Assembly (NCBI GenBank): GCA_002633005.1
Contig: NMRA01000377.1
Location: 320,619 to 384,618, forward strand
Direction: 5' to 3'
Origin: Phoronis australis
Taxonomy: Eukaryota; Animalia; Phoronida
DNA length: 64,000 nucleotides
This document shows, piece after piece, positions 54,101 through 60,819 of the stretch; position 1 is the first letter of the stretch; the number at the start of each line of letters is the position of its first letter. The notes under the pieces were generated by a model that worked only from the letters and a program-made list of their open reading frames with translations, did not search any database and was not told the DNA's origin. The position numbers and the translations under genes were made by a program.

Positions 54101-57100
54101 GGGAAATGAAAAATTGACCTGCCTAATTGTTTATGATAATTTTCTGTGTTTCAGGCAAGCGAGCACACGTCTTGTATATTCCGTGCTTGTCAACGGAGAA
54201 GCCATTGATGTTAAACCTCCAACTAATGACCAAATCAAAAATGCTGTAGAGAGCGTTGGATTCAATGTCTCGACTGCGGTCAAATTGGACATCCAAGAAC
54301 TTACTTTGGACGGAAACCTCGTGTTAGAGCAGGTTGACAAAGTTGCAACAAGCATTGAAACAACATGGAGCAGCACCGTAAAATCATCTTCCGTCGCCGT
54401 AAACGTGGTTTCAACTGAAACATTCGTTAAAGAAAACAAAAGGTAATTTATTTTTTTGGTAAAACTGTGATATTTTAGAACCTCGCCAAAAGATACCATT
54501 TTTAACATACCTCTTCATTTGCTTTTTCGTTTCGTATTCAATTTCCAGCAAGCACAAGTGGCTTTGCGACAATCAGTATTCTTGTGTACGTTATGCCCTA
54601 GGAGAAAAATGTTCATCCATTTAAATTCTTTTTCGTTCTTTGTTCTAGCCCCGCAACGAAACTTAAGTTTGCTGTAACGGTGAACGGTACAAGTCCCCAG
54701 GACTTGACCACCGTTGTTGCTCCGCCTGAATCATTAATAACTAAGAACATACAGAATGCTACTGATATCAGCCCGTGCGGCTGCGCGGCCAGAAAAGTTC
54801 ACAGCCTCGTTGTAAAGAGCAGTTCTGTAGTTACCAGCAGAGCAGTAATCGCAGAAGGTATCTCTCAGGCATGGAGAACTGCAAACTCCCCAGGTGAATT
54901 TTTTTTTTCAGTTTCAGCCCATATGTTTTCACATATTTTAGTGGCTCAGGAAACACTTTCATTAGTTGACAAGCGTTTAAAATATTTGATTGAGGAGTTG
55001 AAATAACTTAATCAAAGTAGCATCTACTTAAGTTCATTTCTTGTGGCTATCCTTCGCACGAAAACAAGTGCGAGTATAGATTTCACTTTAAAGGTGTAAC
55101 GATCAATTGGTAGTTCATTCTTTAGCTAACGGGCTCGCATGGTCCTTTTTTCATTGTAGATTTCAATCTTACCGGCTTTGTCGTCGATGTCGTCAGTGTG
55201 GACAACGGCCTAATTGACACGGCAAGGTAAATGGAATTTAAATAGCTGTAGAAATTACAGCCTACTTTTTGTCGCTGAACTGCTCTGTATAGAAGACACA
55301 TTTAGTTTTAAAAACCTCTATGCGGTGATTCCAAAGTGAAAGAGGACTGTTATATACGTGTTGCCTGATTTTATTTTTCTTGCTTTTTTAGCAATGCCCA
55401 GACACAACAGCGGGTCAGGCGAAGTATTCGAGGAAGACGTGCTGACGAACCTGCGTGAGTGTTTGGCTATGTTAACATATATCAAAATGTAGCCGCTTCT
55501 ATTATAAGTACACAGTATTGCTGAATTTGCAAGGCTTGAACTCCAAGTGTACATGAGATGCAGGCCTAACTAATACAGGATTCCGTCCGTGTTGAAAAGA
55601 AAAATTATCGCAAAAAGTTGTTGGGTAATTACGCCGAAAATCGTCTGGCTTCGTTGAAGTTATGTCGTAATACACAAAAACAGACGAACAATAACGCTCA
55701 ACTTATATTTGGAAATTAAGCAGAAAAGTTTGCTTCGAAATTTTGTGTCTGCAACATGGATTGAATTATAATAATCTTTGATCTGGGCCATCATAGGTCA
55801 GTTTTCAAACTTTACTTTCAAGCATTATACAGTTTTGACTGAACCCATCATAACGTTTACTGGCGTGATTTGCTTCACTATTTATCATTATTCAGGGTAA
55901 CGAAGATCGATTATATCGCTGGCATTAACAACATGGACTCGAGTTTACTCATGATACAGCAGCCGTCGACAGTGGAGCTATCAAAGCAACTTGGAACGGA
56001 AGTGTGCACTGACTGCGAGGCCAGCCGGGTTTATATGTTCCATGCCAACTCGGCACTGAAAGCTATGGATAACAAGGACATCCAAGCTGCTCTAAAGACC
56101 GCTTGGGAAACCGTTAACTCAGGTAAGGATACTTGTGCCAGCTGACCAGCAGAATAATTTGAATTCAGTTATTGCTAGGAATGTCCTCATGCTCTGCAAT
56201 AAATGGGATAACTAGCCCTTTTCAGAAATCTGCAAGGATTTTATCATTTCGAGTTATGCACTTTGGTACACTGTGAGTTACAAATGAATAAGGGAAATGA
56301 CATCTGTTGGAATCTGACATTGGTTTGGATAAACTTGCACTAGTTGAAACGGACAACGAAGATTGATTATTGTAAATCTATTGCCAAAATTGGTTCTGGG
56401 GAAGGACGACTTCAATCATTACATTTTTCTATCGCCGCTTTACATTTTCAGGTGTTGCTAACTTGACTGTTGGTGCTACGGTGTCGTCCAAGGAGAATCT
56501 TTACGATAAGAAAGGGTGAGTTTGCTTAGAACGTTCACGTTTTGTTTCTAACCTACGCACTTGAAATCTTATACCTCCCGCAGTACGTTAACAGTTTCGT
56601 GACAGCAATAAATTCACAATGTTTCTATTCGAAGTGTTTCCCAATTTTTCGATGCTGTCATACACCATCAGGGAGTCTGTCATCCATCACAGCAATCAAC
56701 TTTTGCTTTAGACATCTTACTCTTATAAAATTGGTCTCAATGTTTCCTTAGTCAAATTTTAGATGGTTTAAGGACTTCAAAAGACGTGATGCATCTACCT
56801 CGTTATTGTTTTAAACACGAATCTTTAAATTGGCTTGACACAGCATGTCATTTTAAGCACAGACCTTGATCTTAACGATTAACAACCCTAAATGACTTCT
56901 CATCTGAAGAACAAACAGGTAACTAGTAGTTTTAATCAAACGTTCACTCCTTGTACGGAATGCTGATTTACATACACTTTAAATGCAATATCATTACAGT
57001 CAAGTACCAATGCCGAATACGTTAAATCAAAATTGGAAAACCCATTACCCTACTCTCTGTGTTTCGTGCTCTTGATTACATGGCCGTTTCATTTGAAAGG

Positions 57101-59565
57101 TCAACTTTCCTTTGTCTTTTCAAGAACATCTCTATCCACGTACATGTATCGTTTTCAAAGAAGTACCGTCCACATGTATACGCTACAGCAACCGAAAACG
57201 TCACTTTTTCTGTACGCTCTGAACACAAATGAGGGAACACCAAAGTTTTTGAGATGTTGCGTTTTCGCCCGCCAACAGGCCCCCTAAAACGATGACGGTG
57301 TCAGCTTTTCTAAAAGTTATTTTTTGGGTTGTGATACGTATGGACACACGTCCTATTCCCAAAACGTTTACTTTTTGTTAAAAACTTCATCTCGAGATTT
57401 GGTTTTGCTTGTCAAATCCAATGGATACGTGCAGGTTAGACGTCGAAAGCTGTATCCGTAAAGAAAAATGATGGTGTCAGTGGACAGGGGGTCAATTACG
57501 TTGCAAACTTAAAATCTAAGAGCCAATAATTTGAACATGTATTGGTTAAGTTATCACGAAATAAATGTATCATTTGGCAAACTTAATTAGCTAGGCTATT
57601 ATCTTTTCTTGCAGCAATGATATTATACGAGTGCAGTACACAATTCGACCGACAGCTGGCGGTGTGGCGCAGTCAGAAGATAGGTTAATAGCACCCTCTG
57701 ATGACGAAATAGAGAAAAGTTTGAAGTTAATCGACCCAAATGTCGAACTCTTCCAAGGAGATGTTTTCAAGACTAAAAATAAAGACAAATTCATACCATC
57801 AATAACTAACGTATGTAATTATTCAAAAACAATAATTTTAATCATTGTACTGTTAAGAATTTTTTGAAGCGGCTGTAAACTTGTCTTCCATCTGCTGTCT
57901 GTAATCGAATTTGTCTTTTTCTCGTATAGAACTCGGTCTCATAATACTCCTGATCGTGAGTAGAATCCCATTTTCATGATGAACCCCAGTCAAAGGCAAT
58001 GGGTTTCTTGTGCCATTTTTGAAGCGTTTTCTTGGGTCGCTATCTTTTCGATGTTCTTGTTGGTAAACGAAATGGAATCCAGTCAGGGTAAAGAGTATTA
58101 TGACGTAGTTTTAGTCAGCTTAACAGGGTCAAATGTAACTTCAAGCTCCTAAACTAGTGCGTAAAGACTCTTTTTACTTCAGGGAATTACGAAAGGCATA
58201 ACATGTATATCCTTTAAACGTCACAGATTTACACATACATGTATTCCGTAAGGAAAGTATACGTTCGTAATTTAAGCTCTTACATAATGGTCAATAGTTA
58301 ATATACTCTCATATCCTACTACAGCTATGTAGTTATGTGACTGAGTTTTACCTGGCTTAACAACGATGCTTCAGAAGCCCGATTGACATTGTTGTACTTT
58401 GAGTTCCCGATTGAAAGACGTGTTTACCGACCTCCTTAAGTAAAGCACTTGCTCAGTATTGATGTAGTGAAAACAATTAATAAAAATTCAAACTTTGTCT
58501 TCCAGGAGCCATGGTTCTGGCCCGTTGTGATCGCTGTCGGCGGACTGCTTCTCATTCTTATTGTCGTGCTTGTAGTGAATGCATACAGACGATACGGCAG
58601 GTAAGTTTACTTCGCGAGCGGAAAGTTAGTGTGATGAAGTGCTTCGCTTGCATCGCCTGATGATCTCTTGATTAAGTTGCGCCATCTGGCTTATCTCGCG
58701 GCAGCCTTGCTCCACTCAACGTGGTGCAAATTTTGTCAAGTCAAAGCGACTAACACACGTCAAGCTGAATGAAATCAAATTATAGGATCCAAATTGCGAT
58801 CCTGAACGGTCAATGGATTTCATTTGTTTCACTGAATTATGTTTTAAAACTAGGAACGGTCATTTAGTCACATTATTAAAAATCGAAACGAAGGGATCCA
58901 CCCCGAAAAGGAACAAAAACAATCATGATTTTTGAAGAAATTGATGTAGGTGGCTTTAAGCCTAGTTTAACACGCGTTTGGCAAGAACACTCAAATCTTC
59001 GCGAGATAACGCCACGTGTTACGTACATTAAGTAAACCACGTCATAGCACTAACTTTCACTCGCGAGTGTCTTGTGTTACGAAACTGGCATTGTGGTTGC
59101 ATTATTACAGTTAAATTTATTTCGAATAAATTGAAAATCTTGATATCCTTAAGCTCTTGAAAATATTTCCTGCAGGGTTACGTAATGGGTATACATCTTC
59201 TCTGCTGTTCTTTTGCACAAGTTGACAATTATCTTCTGCATAAGTTGACAATTTTTAAAAACACAGTATTTCACATTTCTGGGATTTTCAAAATTGAATC
59301 GTTTTTTTGTCGAGGGACCACAGAAGATGTGCCACGCCTCTAAATCGTGAAAATAGTATGTAAGGGATTGTTTACATGCCACTAACCGTTTTTGTTGCGA
59401 ATTGAATGCTGCCGTGTGCTTTTAATTCTTCTGTTTTTACTTTACAGACAAAAATCTGCTCTGTCTGTCAGTCAAACAGATTTCAGAGAAGAAATCGATT
59501 TCACGTATGCAAAGGCAAGGGCATTCGAGGCTTCTAATCCAATGTACACCTCTTTAGCTGTTTAG
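12054..59565 (+). CDS. Giant Delta/Serrate-like type I membrane protein: signal peptide - MNNL(C2) - DSL - EGF - ~29 SEA-like repeats with Thr-rich mucin spacers - TM - NPxY tail (~54 exons, ~4,000 aa)
   Basis: Apart from the two gap-interrupted exons, all exons have GT-AG boundaries with continuous phase: 12054-12101, 16847-17010, 18022-18130, 23285-23454, 23965-24158, 25036-25339, 26041-26282, 27883-27934, 29067-29429, 29697-29926, 31458-31509, 31628-32218, 33197-33435, 34043-34094, 34702-35058, 35300-35520, 35964-36018, 36199-36993, 38100-38332, 38458-38512, 38753-39220, 39759-39991, 40117-40171, 40412-41115(gap), 41655-41887, 42013-42067, 42308-42775, 43317-43549, 43675-43729, 43973-44124(gap), 44183-44415, 44551-44605, 44868-45485, 45634-45872, 46817-46868, 47197-47862, 48353-48609, 48791-48857 (redundant copies 49048-49304, 49486-49552), 49849-50093, 50774-50840, 51340-51626, 51875-51926, 52048-52340, 52856-53176, 53449-53521, 54155-54442, 54649-54893, 55160-55226, 55392-55454, 55896-56122, 56452-56515, 57615-57810, 58506-58600, 59448-59565. 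Confidence 0.88.
13683..16031. mobile_element. Non-autonomous DNA transposon-like element (hAT-like CAG..CTG termini) in intron 1
   Basis: Left CAGGCCCGTAGCCAG and right CTGGCTACAGGGCTG (reverse complement CAGCCCTGTAGCCAG, 13/15 match); both ends carry GGACCTTTT and ggggg..ttcga/tcgaaccccc motifs; no clear TSD, no transposase ORF. Confidence 0.55.
16081..16405. repeat. Low-complexity (AAT/AAC)n then (ATT)n degenerate microsatellite
   Basis: Runs of ataacaacaat followed by attattatt/actattatt. Confidence 0.75.
16847..17010 (+). CDS. MNNL/C2 domain exon (Notch-ligand N-terminus, part 1)
   Basis: KGKLLVSFRNFNNPKHIAFDQDCCDGVLLGSGTCTGTCDPAFVLCM matches the Delta/Jagged G..F.N..CC.G..C..C..F..C pattern; not in the ORF track. 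Confidence 0.85.
18022..18130 (+). CDS. MNNL/C2 domain exon, part 2 (SSACTGAG..NFTF..NVLIDFEEW)
   Basis: gtttcag acceptor, gtaagt donor, phase 2 to 0; matches the C..G..N.F..N..i.F..W pattern of Notch ligands. Confidence 0.8.
18156..18797. mobile_element. MITE-like element (~640 bp) with imperfect TIRs and inverted subterminal repeats; partial second copy at ~20561-21110
   Basis: Left ctatggaaatccggaacggaaaatactccagtacaca vs right reverse complement ctatggaaagccaacgcggaaaaatccaggacaca; ggaaaattt repeats on the left and aaattttctcctgg on the right; ATAA on both flanks. Confidence 0.65.
18249..22950. repeat. Gap-flanking ~2.3-kb duplication (18249-20547 vs 20561-22950), probably two haplotypes
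   Basis: Near-identical copies on both sides of the N at 20548, differing by SNPs and indels (extra segments near 21831-21883 and 22147-22180 in copy 2). Confidence 0.85.
23187..23295 (+). repeat. 53-bp tandem duplication covering the splice acceptor of exon 23285
   Basis: acaaaatggacagccgtgggtcagtatatag(a/g)tatttctttacagggtg(a/g)tac occurs twice. Confidence 0.85.
23285..23454 (+). CDS. MNNL/C2 domain exon, part 3 (GGTQLLITAEDYD..LIDRF)
   Basis: tctttacag acceptor, gtaagt donor; matches the G..Lii.A.D..LI.R motif. Confidence 0.85.
23965..24158 (+). CDS. DSL domain exon
   Basis: CDKHYYTADCSVLCVPQDDCYGHYTCNQTTGRKMCNKGWTGEHC has the DSL cysteine spacing plus the YY, DD, GHYTC and GW.G..C hallmarks. 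Confidence 0.93.
25036..27934 (+). CDS. EGF domain + repeat module 1 (exons 25036-25339, 26041-26282, 27883-27934)
   Basis: C..FGCLNDGQCVPYLNSFYCCCKPGWKGPLC EGF-like repeat, then a Thr-rich linker, two beta/alpha repeats and the EYKECSCL micro-exon. Confidence 0.88.
29067..31509 (+). CDS. Repeat module 2 (exons 29067-29429, 29697-29926, 31458-31509)
   Basis: Phases 2-2, 2-1, 1-2; YYVVVNET / LENAW / SWENAY / EYKNCSCL. Confidence 0.85.
30927..31233. repeat. Degenerate minisatellite with 49/39-bp units
   Basis: Repeating aaaata-cc-gaggtgttccggatg core with or without the ataatttgaggccacg tail; about 7 units. Confidence 0.75.
31628..34094 (+). CDS. Repeat module 3 (exons 31628-32218, 33197-33435, 34043-34094)
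   Basis: Long Thr-rich spacer; ILVAW / EAWLTTFP / QYKNCGCL. Confidence 0.85.
34702..36018 (+). CDS. Repeat module 4 (exons 34702-35058, 35300-35520, 35964-36018)
   Basis: YFVLVNGT / IMTAW / LWEETY / ELKGCGCV. Confidence 0.85.
36199..38512 (+). CDS. Repeat module 5 (exons 36199-36993, 38100-38332, 38458-38512)
   Basis: Longest S/T spacer (~180 aa); LLESW / VWELRYP / RYIQCSCL. Confidence 0.85.
37471..37545 (+). pseudogene. Truncated degenerate copy of a module domain exon (pseudo-exon)
   Basis: aattgcttctcagtgtcgac..tggaaattctggtaactggtgttttggtgactg aligns to the acceptor and 5' part of exon 38100 and then breaks off. Confidence 0.65.
37590..44124 (+). repeat. Recent tandem array of ~1.66-kb units, each with three exons and their introns
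   Basis: Exon starts 38100/39759 (1659 bp apart) and 41655/43317 (1662 bp apart); introns near-identical between copies; gaps at 40695 and 44125 may hide further copies. Confidence 0.9.
38753..44605 (+). CDS. Repeat modules 6-9 (near-identical copies; two exons interrupted by assembly gaps)
   Basis: YFVLENNTVIDPR..ILVESW / YNVEIL..VWELRYP / YIQCSCLEIKIV repeated; frames intact except at the N positions. Confidence 0.8.
44868..46868 (+). CDS. Repeat module 10 (exons 44868-45485, 45634-45872, 46817-46868)
   Basis: Mucin exon with an internal 147-bp duplication; LVDAW / HNWQVTYP / EYKNCDCF. Confidence 0.85.
45974..46095 (+). mobile_element. Possible decayed tRNA-derived SINE fragment
   Basis: ggtctcgagtccc resembles a Pol III B box and is followed by cccttgag as in many SINE bodies; heavily diverged. 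Confidence 0.3.
47197..48857 (+). CDS. Repeat module 11 (exons 47197-47862, 48353-48609, 48791-48857)
   Basis: YFVIANGT / IRLAW / NSWKTVY / DLKTCSCI. Confidence 0.85.
48209..49597. repeat. Gap-flanking ~695-bp duplication (48209-48902 vs 48904-49597), likely assembly artefact
   Basis: Essentially identical copies on both sides of the N at 48903, duplicating two exons. Confidence 0.8.
49849..57810 (+). CDS. Membrane-proximal block of ~7 divergent SEA-like repeats without mucin spacers (14 exons)
   Basis: Each unit keeps the strand / helix ending in W (NSTW, LNAW, RSAW, NQSW, ETTW, SQAW, KTAW) / strand / Y-x-V strand / P pattern; phases continuous. Confidence 0.8.
52712..52778. repeat. (CATCAC/CAT)n microsatellite, intronic
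   Basis: catcatcaccatcaccatcacc...catcatcatc. Confidence 0.9.
53631..53825. repeat. 39-bp minisatellite, 5 copies, intronic
   Basis: tgttgctatgatgcgtgctgatagttctactgtacactg x5, near-perfect; explains the repetitive ORFs 53623-53859. Confidence 0.95.
55392..55454 (+). CDS. 63-nt symmetric micro-exon encoding (S)NAQTQQRVRRSIRGRRADEP(A), two furin consensus sites
   Basis: Long polypyrimidine tract + tttttag acceptor, GC|gtgagt donor, phase 2-2, open in the required frame. Confidence 0.7.
58506..58600 (+). CDS. Transmembrane exon EPWFWPVVIAVGGLLLILIVVLVVNAYRRYGR
   Basis: Hydrophobic helix followed by basic stop-transfer residues; tcttccag acceptor, CAG|gtaagt donor. Confidence 0.9.
59448..59565 (+). 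CDS. Terminal exon, cytoplasmic tail QKSALSVSQTDFREEIDFTYAKARAFEASNPMYTSLAV*
   Basis: tttactttacag acceptor, phase 2 continues the TM exon; NPxY motif; TAG at 59563-59565. Confidence 0.85.
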
Positions 59566-60813
59566 TAGTGATTTTAGACAAGTATGAAATATATGTATAT
59601 GCTCAAATTTATTAAAGATACTCCTCCGTCGTTTTCATCAATTTTAAACACATAATGAGTCTCATCAATACTAAGATATAACTGAGTTCGAACTATACAT
59701 GTACCCTGCGATAAATTGCGGTCTTGTACAATTAGTTATAAGTATGAATTATTTAGACGTCTTGAACAGTGAAGTTTAATTTTCTACGATTCAATCTATG
59801 GCTGCCTCTCTGTTGGTGTACCACCCGAAATTCTAATAGTGTACGTTTTATATTGAATGTTGTATATTTTGAGATGTGCCAAAGCTCGTGTCGGGAAGTG
59901 TTTATCTGTAGCGGTTAAGTCTCTTTAATTTGTGATGTGCAGTATGTTTGTAAACAGCGCAAGATAGTCCCTCAGGATCAGCACGCTTTCGCCATTTCAT
60001 TTGAAAATTCCCGCGAGATTACCTTGTTATCAGATGAATGTTTGAAACTGAATGAACTGAGATGTTTACAATTCTCTTTTGTAGTATTTGGTTTTGAACA
60101 GGTAAAATGAATTGTACACTTCATCTCAGTCTTAGTGTTTGTCTTTGTCTTGTTGACTGTTTACATTGTGGACCTGTGACTTGAAGTCGTTTTTGCTGTT
60201 TTTGACCGCACCTCCGATCTGTATTGCGTTATGTGTACAGTGCGTATGTTACTTAAAATATTTTATGCTCGATATGCATAACTTTTGTAAAAATTTAAAA
60301 CCTGACTTACATGTTATGTCGACTTTGAGATTTCTTCGCCCGCAATCTAATCTCAGAACTCGGAACTATCTTGTTTTTGAATTGTTCTTAGTAACCTTTG
60401 GAATTAAGTGTATGCATAATCCAAATTTGTACTTGATGACCCTGCCTGAATTCGAGTCATGATTTTAAAGACGCTAAAGTCAACACGTTCAAATTCAAAT
60501 GAATCCAATTAGAAGCTGTGACTTCTCCCTATTAGTGAACATCTCTCTTGATTTCAAGCTTTTACACATTTATTTCTTTGAAAGCAGGAATTGACTTGAT
60601 ATTATAATTGTGCGATTTAAATGATTTATATTTTTGTATGAATATTTGTGTACAAATGATTAGAATAGACGCTTCTTTCCGCGTCTAGATTTTTACGAAT
60701 TTGACTGGGGTATACACCGATACAGCGATTATCCAACTAATTTGTTTAAGACATGTAGCTTTTATTTATTAAAAGTTTCACCTGAAATGTTTAATATTGG
60801 CAACTTATGTACT

Positions 60814-60819
60814 AATAAA
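60814..60819 (+). terminator. Candidate polyadenylation signal of the DSL-mucin gene
   Basis: AATAAA followed ~15 nt later by a T-run; no transcript evidence. Confidence 0.35.

Noticed and set aside
29148-54508. Val-rich minus-strand ORFs (29148, 31631, 36529, 38858, 40517, 40753, 42413, 45213, 47308, 54131)
   Set aside because: They are antisense shadows of Thr-rich (ACN) codons in the + strand exons.
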